Assembly: GCA_012295275.1 (NCBI GenBank)
Contig: CM022679.1
Coordinates: forward strand, 5,332,001-5,396,000
DNA: 64,000 nucleotides
Origin: Chrysomallon squamiferum
Taxonomy: Eukaryota > Animalia > Mollusca
Reading direction: 5' to 3'
In this document: positions 1 through 47,881 of the stretch, one piece after another
Layout of the letters: the number at the start of each line of letters is the position of its first letter
Position numbering within the stretch: the first letter of the stretch is position 1
The notes under the pieces: model-generated
What the model was told of the DNA's origin: nothing
The model's database searches: none
The model's input: only the letters and a program-made list of their open reading frames with translations
Program-made: the position numbers and the translations under genes

Positions 1-606
1 AAATTATTGGTAAACATTTGACAGTAAAGAGGCTGCTTCATTCCCAATCAGCCGGCGTTTGTGTGAAACCCTTCACTGGACATTTGCGAACGTTCCGCCA
101 TTACGCTACCCTTCCCGATACCAGTCAAATAAATGTGATAAGCGGAAATAAGCCGAAATGTTGTTAATTCGCGACTCTAATCAAATATCGCGCTTTCTTC
201 ACCTGCTTTCTTTTCAAACGGCGGGGCGATGGTAGGACAATAATTTCGTTAAGAAGGAGACGAGTCTCACAAATCCGCCATGCTGGACGAACAGATAAGG
301 CAAATTGTATATTGAATTGCACTAAACTTTGGTCATCTATTTTAAACTTGACGGTAAACTCGAATGTTAAAAAGGCGGCGTGCACCAATCCTGTTTGCTT
401 ATCTGTGTTAAATGTCATAACAAGTGACAGGATTTTATTTGAACAGGGACCCGCTGCGCATTAATCATCTGCGAAATCTAATTGATTTTTCAAAAGCTCG
501 TTTGCTTTTTATTTCCTAAGATTTTGTTTCTCTCTGTCATAATGTCGGTTCTAATTTCCACTGTTTTTGTGTTGTTCTTGTTTTTTTTTTTTGTTGTTGT
601 TTTTTG

Positions 607-644
<38 letters not shown>

Positions 645-1039
645 TTTTATGTCATTTTATTAATTTAGTTTTATTTATTTATATGTGTAATTGTTTGTTT
701 GGTTGTTTGTTTGGTTGGTTGGTTCTTTTTTCTTTATACGTTAGTTTCTTCAGATACTTATTTTTAATTAACTGAATTTAATTTTGTGAACACAGGCACG
801 CACACACACACACACACACTCATTTAGTGTATTTGTGTATTCTCGTTACCTCACTTGCATAAAGCCAAGTTCCTAGGAAACAAACATTTTCTTATCTTTT
901 TTTTTTTAGAAAATATGTGGAATTTCGAATTCTTCCATGCTGCAACGATATTGCGCTTTCTTTCTCGAGATTACATTTTATTACTTATAAATGTCAGTAG
1001 AAAAATCAGTTATCCTTCCCATTAATACATCTCTCTCTC

Positions 1040-1042
<3 letters not shown>

Positions 1043-1132
<90 letters not shown>
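1043..1132. repeat. (TC)n microsatellite, one of dozens of TC/GA, CA/GT, TA, AAT, ACT, ATAC and AAAC tracts in the window
   Basis: Seen directly in the sequence. Confidence 0.95.
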
Positions 1133-1137
<5 letters not shown>

Positions 1138-1969
1138 CGTAATTATTTTCTTTCCTTTTTCTCTGTTTCTGTTCTTTCATAACATATACCCATAAAAATT
1201 CAGACAAAATGAAAAAAAAAATATATAAAAATGCAAAATAATAAATCTCAAATCCTTTATTTTTCAATCAGTCTGTTTCAAATTCTTTGAGAATTCACAT
1301 ATTATATCTCACTCATTGCTCAAATATTGTTTTTAACTGTCATCATTCTTAGAGATTTGGCAGATTTCTTATTTTATTATTATTATTTTTTGTTCCTCTT
1401 GGCATTCCACGTATAGCCTATCGAACTGCGGGTCTTAAAGCTCTAGGTTATTCTCCTAAGGCAAACATAACACTATGAATTATTTTTTTCCTTCTATCCT
1501 TTGAAAATACTGATCAGATGATAGACTCGCACAATGCAATTTTCTTCTCCCGAAGCAAACAGTAATCTTCTTTGTCAAAAAAAAAAAAAAAAAAAAAAAA
1601 ATCATCTATAACAGGGCCAGTGAGAAACATAGCTTAGAAACTGAACATCAAATCTGTACTTTATTTTTGAAATGAAAATAAGCACAAAAGTATTAATGTT
1701 GCTTTTACCACTGTTGTTACTTAAATTATATTACTACTACCGTTACCACAAATACCACAAGTACTATTACTGAACGACCACAACGTTCGACAATGCCAGC
1801 TACTACTACTACTACACAGTTACATCTGACCTTCTATTAGCATTACTGCTACTAGTGCTACCGCTACTACTGTTATCACTAGTATTACTAATCCTAGTTC
1901 TTGTTCTTCTACTATAATTACACTACCGATACTACTACTATGCTGCTACTACCTCTACTACTACTACTT

Positions 1970-2017
<48 letters not shown>

Positions 2018-2844
2018 TACTGCTAATGCTTCTACAGACACTTCTGTCATTACTTTGACTTCGTGAATTCCTCCAATAAATTCATGCTATTAAATTTACT
2101 TCTAGAAATATAAATGTTTTGTATTTTCCGGATTCACACTGATTTTCATTAAGAAAAAGAAAGTATATAGAAAAAACAAAAAAATGGAAACAGCTGTTAC
2201 AACACTAGAATCTATTCTATAAACAACTAATTAATAATAAAATAAAATTTAAATAATATTAATAATCATAACGTTAGTTTACCACATATTTTCCTATCAT
2301 TTTATCATCACGATAAATCTTACAAAGTTATGTGCATTCTTATATCGCTGAAGGATTTACGTAGTGAATCTACCACACACCACACCCCTCACGTTAAAAC
2401 TCGCTGTCGGACTGCGAACTCGACTAATATGTTCTTTCTACATGCTGACAGATGTCTGTAAATAATTGTTATTGATGACCGTGTAATCACATTTAGCCGC
2501 GGTTCCGATTTCTGTAAAGCTGCGTCTTAAACATTTTCAGTGACAGTTATTGGACATCAATCTATTTTACTGTGGACAGTAGGAGATGATCACTGCCCTT
2601 TTCAAACGTTCTGGATCTTTCCTAGGCCACGTGGTCTTCGTCTACTCTTTTTTGGCTCTCTTGCTTCTGTGTCCCAGCAGCCAGATTTCGAGCTGGTCAG
2701 AGACAAATTATTCAGTTAATTTGTCGTGTATTCATCTCTGTTATTGCTGCTTGTGCGACAGCATGAATTAATAATGTGTCTGACAGTGATTTGTCTTCAC
2801 TTAAACGTGTCCGAGGAAGATCTCTGGTCTTTATGGTGATGAAG

Positions 2845-3066
2845 TAGAGATGTATGCATGTTAATAGCAATGCATACATGTTAATAGAGATCTATACATC
2901 TTTACTGACAAAAATATATGCATGTTAATAGAAGTGTATATATCTTAATAAAAAGGGAAGCTTAACTGAGATGTATACATGTTAATAGAGATCTATACAT
3001 CTTTACTGACATAAATATATGCATGTTAATAGTTAATATAGAAGATGTGAGATGTATACATGTTAT
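2845..3066. repeat. Degenerate minisatellite with a unit of about 20 bp (gagatgtatacatgttaata)
   Basis: Repeated atacatgttaatagagatctatacatctttactgac blocks. Confidence 0.75.
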
Positions 3067-3185
3067 ATGCCTGTTTTGGAGAAAGATAAATTATACTTAA
3101 ATTTGAGAAAACTTGTATCTTGGACAAACGTAAAATTATATCTCTGTGTATATTTGTATGTATATATATATATATATATAAATAA

Positions 3186-3234
<49 letters not shown>

Positions 3235-4207
3235 TGTGGGTGTATATGTGCACAGAGAGTGAGAATTATATGTTTGTCCTGGAAACGGACGTACGCAGAT
3301 ACCCAAATGTATCTAATCTATGTTTATGTAATCTGATACGCTATCTAGAATAATTCAGTGGAGGCTTGTACAGAAATAGCTATGTTAAATAGAGCAGAAT
3401 ACATAAGAACTATCAACTTTTGTTTTTTGAACATGAAAATAAACTATTACAGTTTATTACAATTGTTTATTATTAAGCTCATGATGACATTTGCACGTAG
3501 CATCTTATTTGATCCTCAAACTACGAATACACTGTTATAGACCAACGTCATGCCACAGCTACCTTGTGATCTCGCTTCTCAATGCAAACATGTTACCAAG
3601 GAGCTGATAGCTGATCACAACACACTATAACGTTTTTAAGAGACGCACAATTAGCTGAGGCAAGTGATCTTCTAAACGCCGGTTTCCTTAGCAAGATTCT
3701 TGTACTCCACTTCACTCACGTCTGAAAAGACGAAAGGCTTGTGGCTTTTGTTTTAGCCTTCTTTGATCCATGACTGAGTTGTTGGATTTGGTACTAACTC
3801 TTCGTAAAACAGGGAATGATTACTAAATATACAGAAACTGTCCAGAGGCTGTTAAGAATGCACTGTGACTCAGACTTTTATTGTTTCTTAATATGGTGTT
3901 AAGAAATTTGTTAAAGAAAACGATTATTTCAATGTTGTTGGTTTTTTTGAAATTCTTTATGTCTTCTCTCCTTCCACAATTTTTACTATGTCTAGTTATA
4001 CCTTAGTTATTATTCATATACCTTTCCTCTATACATACATACATAAACCAACAGGCACACACACACACACTCATATGCACACACACACATATATACATCA
4101 TACGTAAAGAAAGCTACATACAACAGTACATATTGCTATGTCGTCGATGAAGTGATAAATATTTTATTCACCTAATTGTACGAGACTGTATACTTTATTT
4201 GTTTCAG

Positions 4208-25144
<20,937 letters not shown>

Positions 25145-25418
25145 CAAACTGTTCATGTTTTTCTTTGTTGACCTGTTGTGAGATTTCAGTGTTTGTAATA
25201 AAATAATAAATTACGAGGAGTTAGTTTTCTCTCATTTGTATTTTTCTTCACAGATATACGTTCTTTATATAGATATCTTCAGTGTAGATATACATGTGGG
25301 TCGCAGATAGCTTTTGATCATCTAGTGAGCTTACATTTAATTAATATTTCTTTATTCCTGTATTTCTTTATATTTATATTTCTTAAATATTTATTTATTT
25401 ATTTATCTATTTATGTTT

Positions 25419-25466
<48 letters not shown>

Positions 25467-25878
25467 TTTGTTTATTTATTTATGTTAATTTATTCTGTTA
25501 TGAACTGTTTAATGGTACGAAATAAAAGCTTACATAACAGCAACAGGCGTGCTGAATCGAGATTCTTTGATATATATATATATATATTTTTTAATTTTAA
25601 TTGTGTTCTTTTTCATGGAAGCAAAAAAAGCAAAGACTACAACAATACACACCAAGAAGAAGAAGAAGAAGAACAATAATAATAATACTAAAGAAAGAAA
25701 GAAAGAAACGAATAAAATAAGTAAATAAGTAAATAAATAAAATGAGACAAATAAAGCACTTCTACTAGTAAAGCTATATGCATATATATATACTACACAC
25801 ATATATGCATCCATGTATGTATGCATATATACATATACCCACATATAAATATGTACCTATATATACATATATAAGGAA

Positions 25879-26233
25879 ATATTCCTCAATATTTTCCCGT
25901 ACAGTGAGTCAGAAGTTTCGTATCTTTACTTCTACTAGCTCTATTCTTTTTGATTATCATGCGTATCTTCTAGATCAGGTTACATATAAATCAGTAAGCG
26001 TTCAGGTATTTCACTCACTGACGTTAAAACACAATCCAGTGCATGTGATGACTTTGAATACCTATCGCAGACAGTTAAAAGTTGGATTTAAAATTTTACT
26101 GTGTAACAATGGACACCGCGACTTGAGTGAATTTATATAATTACATACGTAGAAGAAACTTATAACATCAGCAAATACAGGTAAGAATTATAATACATAC
26201 ATAAATACATACATACATACATACATACATACA

Positions 26234-26267
<34 letters not shown>

Positions 26268-26898
26268 CATACATACCAGTATACAAACATACATACATGC
26301 ATGCATTCATTCGTACACACATAAAAAAAGTTGTCTCGATGGCCGAACGGTACAGTCGTCCGCCTCTGGGTGTCACACGTTCGAGTCTCGTCAGCGGCAT
26401 CTGACGGTGTTTGTGAGGTTGGGACTGCACATTTGTCCTCCTTGGCCAGTGCCAGTACTGTCTTTGTACAGAGTCTAATCAGACGTACATAAGACAGAGA
26501 ATATTAAAAATCCTCAACTATATACATGACAAATAAACAAAACAACAAAAAACAACATTAGAGGTTATACTACACGTCTAATTTAGTGTCAAGGAAAAAA
26601 GCAGTAAAACAGAAGGAAGTATTCCTCAAAAATTTCCCGTAGAGTCAGAAGTTTCGTATCTTTTCTTCTGCTGCATTAAGTTAAAAGCTCTATTCTGTAT
26701 GATTAAGACCCGTATCTTCTAGAACAGGATGTATGTAACAACAAGCATTCAGGTATTGAATTCAGTGTATTGTTGGCTTTGAATATCTATTGCAAATAGT
26801 TAAAAGTTGGGTTTGAAATGTTTCTGTGTAACGAGTGAATTTATATAATTATATACGTAGAAGAAACTTAACATCAGCAAATACAGGTAAGAATTATA
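25879..26898. repeat. Local direct duplication of about 300 bp (25879-26190 and 26620-26898), with the SINE between the copies
   Basis: Both copies share tattcctcaa..gagtcagaagtttcgtatcttt and tacgtagaagaaactt..aacatcagcaaatacaggtaagaattata. Confidence 0.85.
26331..26520 (+). mobile_element. tRNA-derived SINE-like element, copy 1
   Basis: A-box-like TGGCCGAACGG and B-box-like GTTCGAGTC. The tail gtctaatcagacgtacataagacagagaat is shared with the copy at 30293-30640. Confidence 0.65.
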
Positions 26899-26928
26899 CA
26901 AATATGCATACAATCAAACATACATACA

Positions 26929-27016
<88 letters not shown>

Positions 27017-28412
27017 CAAGCTGTTATTTTGTTTCAGTATCTTTAAATTATTATTTCGACTAATTTTATATTTGGAATACAGGCATAAGGTTAAATATAG
27101 ACTTTTAAAAGAAACAAAAATTGTGTTTTCGTATTTATATGTGTATGTATATATTATTTTTTATAAATTATAAAGTATTTCTGGCCATAAAGACGAGATT
27201 CAAAATGTTATTAGCATTAATTTTTCAAAATGAATGAGTGTGTGTGTGTGTTTGAGTGTGTGTGTGTGTGTGTGTGTGTATGTTTGTGTGTGTGTGGCTG
27301 TGTCTGAATGCATGTGTATGTATATGTTTATGAATGTATATCTGTGTGTCTCTCTGTGTTTGTGTGTGCGTGTGTGTATGTGGGTGCCCGTGTTAGTGCA
27401 GATTGCCGTATTTATATGTGTATAAGTGTGACTTTCATATTAATACCACTACGAGAAAATTCATAACAAATTAATTAAATTGAAATATGTACTGACTTGT
27501 TACTTGCATGAATATATATATTAGAGTGGTTAAGAACCACTCTGTTATAACAGAAGTAAATGACAGAGACAATTATGAAACACATTCGTGCGTTGATAAA
27601 ATACATCCTGGCGTTATAAACATGAATTTGGCCAAATGCAATCTTTATATATTTCTGGGGGCGTCTTATACACAGATAAGTACGGTATGTTCTTTTTTAT
27701 TTTTTTTTTTTTGGACTGTTCGTGTGGGTGTATGTTTGTGAACCTTGCTTATGGCGTGTGTCGTATATTTAGAACCCCTATATATTTCGAGCTGGATGGT
27801 AAAGATTAGGATATTACTTCTTCCTGGTTTCAAGTCACGTCATTTCTCAGAACTCTTAGTAAAGCGTATTTATAAAACTGTAATCAGAGATATTTTATTA
27901 AACGTGTACATTACTTCAGTTGTATTTTAGTTCAAGGATGTAGTTTGTTCAGCAATAATGAACAGACCAATAGATTCACTGGGACACAAATGGATTTTTA
28001 ATTTTTTTTCAACTTTCATTTTTTTCCAAAAAAGGAATTTCAGTTTATTCGTTTTCAGTTTCCTGTCTGTGACAATGACGCGCATACCGCGGACACGCTT
28101 GGCCTATTCTGTTTAGCATAATCCGTGCTATATATTCCTTTTAAAATGCAAGCGGTTTTTATATATCATTATCGAGATTTTAAGAAGTTCAAACAAGGGA
28201 ATATAGTGTTACAGAAGTAAAACAAAATAATGAACAAATTAATTAATTTTATACGTTATAATTTTCTTTCTTTATTTTTCTTTTCTTTTTCTTCTTCTTG
28301 TTTATTACTACTATTACTAAAATAAAATATAGTCCACAACTACTGTTACATTTATCATTTTCATCATTATCAAATAATCACAGATGTCATTTATTTATTT
28401 ATTTATTAGAAA

Positions 28413-38961
<10,549 letters not shown>

Positions 38962-40581
38962 AAAAGAAAACGAAAACAGAAAAAAAAAGAAAGAAAAAGG
39001 GTCTACTTTGATGCGATCGAACAGTTTCCATCACTGAATGATTAACACTTCGATTTCAGACGACAATAATACAAAACGATAATTAAATTTCAGTTCGTGC
39101 CAATGTAAGCTGTTATAACATTACAGAAAAATTAGGTAGTAGTCATCATAACTAAAAATTTCAGCTCTAATTTGCATGAAAAATGTAATTGCGTAGTAGG
39201 CCCAATTTGATGCCAGCAAGGTCAAATCATAGCACTCAAGTAAAAAAAAAAAAAAAAAAGTAAATGAAAAAGAAATCAATAATAAAAAAATCATTTTATA
39301 TGTTTTATGTAAAGATTTGGTAATCATTGCAAATTAAAGTATGGTATGTAGTTAGAGAAAGGTATGTATTTAAATATAACTTTCATAAAATATAATGAAT
39401 TATTATGAACTGGTATATAGTAATGTAATTTAATTCCTATAAAATGAATGACCAATGGAAATTCAACAATTTTTGTTTTATTATTTCATTCCATTTATAT
39501 GATGTGATAATATATATTTACTTTTTTATTATTGTTTTTGTGGATATTATTAGTAGTATTAGTATTCATATTAAAACTACTTCTATTACACTGTCGACTA
39601 TTGTTACGATTATCACCGTCTTTACTATCATTGCTGGATTATCCCATTTTGCATATCTATAAATCCTTTCGTGATTTTTTGTAAATATCGTATATACAAA
39701 TACCCTATGTGTAAAGAATGTTTTTCATATCTTAAAATTGTGCTGATTTTGTTGAAGCGATATAAGTTTTTCTTTTTCAATCTTTTTTTTTTTTTTTTTT
39801 TTTTTTTTTCAGTTATGATACATGTATATATTAAGTGGCTACTTCAGTTTTTTATTACTAAATTTTTGTAATCCATGTTGAATTTTTTTAGATGCTTTTG
39901 ATTTTCAGTTTCTTCAAGAATACTGAATTTCATGTACATACTGTATTAGTGTGGTCGTTAATCAGTAGTAAATATTTACCGAGTGTTAGTGATTTTTATC
40001 CGCATATTCGTAACACTGACAGTTACCTACTTTGATTTTTTTACTCCTAAATATTTTCTTCAGATTTAGTGATAAATATTTGCACATAACACATTTTCAT
40101 AACATCTCTACTATGTATTTCAACACAATACATTAATACATCCCACGAATTGAATACTGACAATATGTTTTCCTAATGGCAAAATGTTACTTCTTAGTAT
40201 TGAATATTAACAACACATTATGTTTTCAGTTTCTGTGTACTGAATATTTTCATACATTATATTTTCAGTTCGCTGTACGTAGTACTGACACATTATATTT
40301 TCCATTTGCAAATATTTTTCTCGCATTACATTTTCAGCATATTAAAAATATATTATTGAATATTTTCCGTTCGTAATAATAATTTTTCTTCATATCTTTT
40401 TTCATACATTACCTTTTTCGTTCCCGACAATGGAATTTTTGAAAAAAAGGGAGAGGAAGTTCTTAATGTATATATATATAATTATAATCTGACCTTGCTT
40501 GCATTAAAATGATGATGTCGCTAGGGATACATGTATGACAGAAAAAAGTAAACAATAACATAAGAAAATGTACACCATATA

Positions 40582-40658
<77 letters not shown>

Positions 40659-40673
40659 GATTAATAAAAATGA

Positions 40674-40726
<53 letters not shown>

Positions 40727-41023
40727 AAGTTATATTAAAATAGTTTTCTTGCAATAAGTGCAGAATTTAAATGAAATATATATATATATATATATATCAT
40801 TTTCCACATTACTTGTTTCCATTTTTTGTTGTTTTTCGTTGTTTTTTTTGTTGTTTTTTTAAGAAAACAATTTTAAAAAGAAAACTACAAAAGCTTCCAT
40901 ATTCTTTGGAATTATTTTATTTATTTTGTTTTATTTTATTTTTATTTATTTATTTATTTATTATTATTTTAAGAACACTTTTGAAATGGAAACTACAATT
41001 GATCCTACTTTTGTTGGAATTTC

Positions 41024-41054
<31 letters not shown>

Positions 41055-41271
41055 TCACTTTTCGAGAAAAAAACCGGTATATTTTCTTTTATATTTTAAA
41101 TTTATTTTATTTTTATCATATTGGATTTATATATAAATAATAAAGACTTTTTTAACAACACTGAAATTATCGATTTTTTTAAGTTTAGTTAAATAAATTA
41201 GAATTTTTTTTTTTAAAACCATATTTTTTTTATATTCAAATATATATAAGAATTATTAATTACTTTAGAAA

Positions 41272-41337
<66 letters not shown>

Positions 41338-41764
41338 TTATATTTTATATTTTATTTTTTTTTTTATTTTGGATTTTATCATTCACTAGATATATACATT
41401 ATTTTATATAAATAATTTTTTTTTTCACACTGAAATGTGTGATTTTCTTTCAGAGTATTTTGAAAAAAAAATAAAACGATATATTTTTTTCTTGTTTTTA
41501 TATTTTTTTTTTATATTTATTTTTCTTTTTATTAATTTGGATTTTATCATTAACTAGATATATACGTTTTTGTACAAACATATAGACATTTTCTGTTACA
41601 GAATAGCGAAAAACCAGCATTTTGTTACTTTATAGAGTTTTTGAAGTTTAGTTATATAAAATAGAATTTTTTTTTTCTTGTTCTTTTAAAATAATTTTTT
41701 TTATATATATATTCAAATATATCTAAGGACTTTTAATTACTTTAGAAAACGTTTATTATGATTA

Positions 41765-41807
<43 letters not shown>

Positions 41808-43464
41808 ATTCTTTGTACAAACATACATATAATACTTATAATCACATTATACTAATTTTGTAACATTATACGTGTATTTGAGTAGCGATGTAAACGTAAT
41901 GAAATATGTTTTGAATTAATTTTGAAAATAACGTTCTGCTGTGCTCCATTCTAGGCGATAACCATGCTGAGAAATAAAAATATTCAGGCATATAATAAAC
42001 AAGAAAACAATCGTTATGTTTGCAAACAATTATATATATGTTAGCCATATACTTAATTATTATCTCTAATTGGAGAAAATTATTTTCTTGAGTGCTCAGT
42101 ATTTCTATTAAATTAGGTTTATGCAGTTCTCATACAAAAATAAAATTAATGAGAATCAATATATGTTTTTAACTTAATTTTTTAATACATATTTTAATTT
42201 TTTTATTATTATTATTTATTTATTATTATTATTATTCTTAAACATATTTAATATCGAATGTAGTGTACCAAACATTTCATGGAAAATAATGGGGAAAAAA
42301 ATATAAAAGTAGCTTGATGATTTGATACTTAAACAGAATTATAAAGAACAAGCTCGTGGTTTATATACACCTCTACGTAACAACAGTACGAAAGGAATGC
42401 TTCTATTTGCTGATTTTTTAAATTAATTAATTTATTTATTTATTTTAAAGAAATCTTATAACGATATTTCTCGGCAAAAGGTAGTTGTGAGTTGAATATT
42501 GTGAAAAATAATGTTCATATTAATCAGAATTAATCTAATATTCAGTGTAATCCATAATTAGGTTTAGTATATACATAATTTATTGCAAACAATCCTATCA
42601 AAACTGTTAAATAACTAAGATTGTTTTAACATTTGAAACTGTTTTATTATTGTGTTGCTACATTATCGCATTCAGGGAATAATTTGATAAATATTAAGCC
42701 GAAAATATACGTAATACTTTAAATATTTTTAATCACGAGAGCATTTTTTATTTGTTTTGTTGTTTTAATTAATTAGTTTATTTATTTATTTGTTAGTTTG
42801 TTTGTTTTGTTTTGTTTTGGATTTGTAGGGGGGTTATTGGGTTTTTTGTTTTATAATTTAATGCTAGGCATATTCAGATATAATTCTGATTACTGAGCCA
42901 TATATTCAGTCAATTTTGAAATATATAAAATCAAATTATTCCCTATTTTGAGTTCTATTAATAGGAAAGATTATATCCAACTAGTGTATTATTATAATAT
43001 ATGTTTTTTTTCAGATAATTATTACCTTATTAAAAGAATAAATACCTGTATTAGATTTTTTAACTTTAAAACTGTCTTTTGTACATGTCTGTACCTGTCT
43101 GCTGTTATTTACAGTTATGAATAGGATACCTCACTTCTGATTACATACCTCACTTCCCTTTATCTACATTATTCAAGTAAATTGTTTTATACAGTAAAAA
43201 ATTATTTTCGAAAATGAATAAAAATGAAAATTTAAAACCGTGTATGTGTGTGCATATATTTTTGTTTGTGTGTAAGTGCGTGTTTGTGAGTTTATATTAT
43301 TTGTATGTGTCTACAAATATATTTTTATTAACTTGCATGAATAATAACGGGAAAACATAACAATAAATAAATTAATTAATAAACAATCGGATAAACAAAC
43401 AAAGAAACAAATAAATTAATTAATAAATAAAATACAAGCTCACCAGTTCAAGCACAGGTTTAAT

Positions 43465-43730
43465 ATTTATTATTTTACTACAAACACTGAAATCTCACAA
43501 CAGGTGAACAAAGAAAAACATGAACAGTTTGTTAGAAGACAGGACATTTGTTAGCGGGATTCATTGTCGAGTACAATCGACATCTGTGGACGATAAGTGG
43601 ACGGAAATTCTTCAGGGTTTCGTTGATTCAGGAAATAGAAAGGAAAGAAGAACTGAATGAGTGAACGAAAAAAGAAATAATACATGAATGAATGAAGCCG
43701 AAAGTGAAGCTTTTAAGGAGCACTGTATCA
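43465..43730 (-). pseudogene. Inverted, decayed duplicate of the M13 gene's last intron end, terminal exon and 3' UTR
   Basis: The reverse complement reads ..acaatgaatcccgctaacaaatgtcctgtcttctaacaaactgttcatgtttttctttg.., matching the stretch around 25108-25168. The acceptor AG is lost and there are small deletions. Confidence 0.85.
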
Positions 43731-43868
43731 CACGCACAAACACACACATATATATTTATAAATAAATAAATACACAAGTAAATAAGTAAACAAAATAACA
43801 CACAAAGAAATAAATAAACGAACAAACAACTAAATGAACAAAGAAACAAAAAAACAAAAACAAGCAAA

Positions 43869-43903
<35 letters not shown>

Positions 43904-43987
43904 AGCACTTGTTGAAAAAAAGAGTGGACTGCTGGTTTGTGTTCCTCAGTGAATTTATTTGTTCTTTATTGCTGAATACACTACATC

Positions 43988-46975
<2,988 letters not shown>

Positions 46976-47881
46976 CAAACATACGATCGTTTGTTTTGAA
47001 TATTTTTTTTTTTTTTTTTTTTTACACGCCTCTTTATAAACGCACTTATAATCAAGACCTCACAAACGTCAGACTGAAACGTATGGAAGACATTCACCTG
47101 CACTCCTACCACTCGACTACCGAGACCACTTTAGAAAAGTGATCACCGCTTCTCGCTAAAGTCGCCGCTCTTTGCCTTTAGTCATTTTAGCACGAAAGAA
47201 CGCGCGAATGTGCGAGTCTGAGGATGTGAGCGTGTATGCGAGTTGACTTGATTATATTTTATGGAAATTAAATATATCGAAATGATATTAACATGCTCTC
47301 TCTCCAATACCCGTTATATTTGCGTTTTAGTTCAAATGAATTTTTTTTTTTTAAATTTAAATATTTTAGCATTTTCATTTTTACGACGTGCATTTGCGTC
47401 TCCCCCCCCCTTTTTGAACCCGTTTAGGTAGGAGTTTGTTGGTAGCCTTTTCATTTTGTTTATTTATGCACAACAAATTTCTTCCAAGATTAAACCTTTT
47501 AAAACAAACTGCAAATACTGAGCAATGGTGAAGTTTTCAATACGATCCGACGGAATAATCAATTTGTATTTTCTTAATTTTACATGTTCCATCTTTCACA
47601 GTTTGAAAGCACAATATTCTGAACCTTATAGTTAACATTTCATGGGAAAAACTAAATCTTTTGAAGAAAATTTAAAACAAATAACTGGGTATATACAGGA
47701 AAGGTGTCAACCGTAATACTGTTATCAACCGATATATCAGACTTGCACTGTAATCTTCAAACGTTTCAATAAAAATTAAATGCATTTCTGGCCATTCCCA
47801 GCAATATTAGAAGTGATAAATAAAACAAGAGTTTTTACGATGCTTTATTATTAAATTCCACCACAGTAAAAATTGGTCATC

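Noticed and set aside
2586-2771. Hydrophobic ORF as a possible signal-anchor exon of the M13 gene
   Set aside because: It has no family motif and no convincing splice link to the exon at 4208.
3550-3630. PCDLASQCKHVTKELIA, resembling the N-terminal Cys motif of M13 proteins
   Set aside because: An in-frame TAA comes before any usable donor and the expected DPC motif is missing, so it is probably chance.
26331-26400. tRNA gene
   Set aside because: A and B boxes are present but no complete cloverleaf can be drawn, and the tail shared with a second copy points to a SINE.
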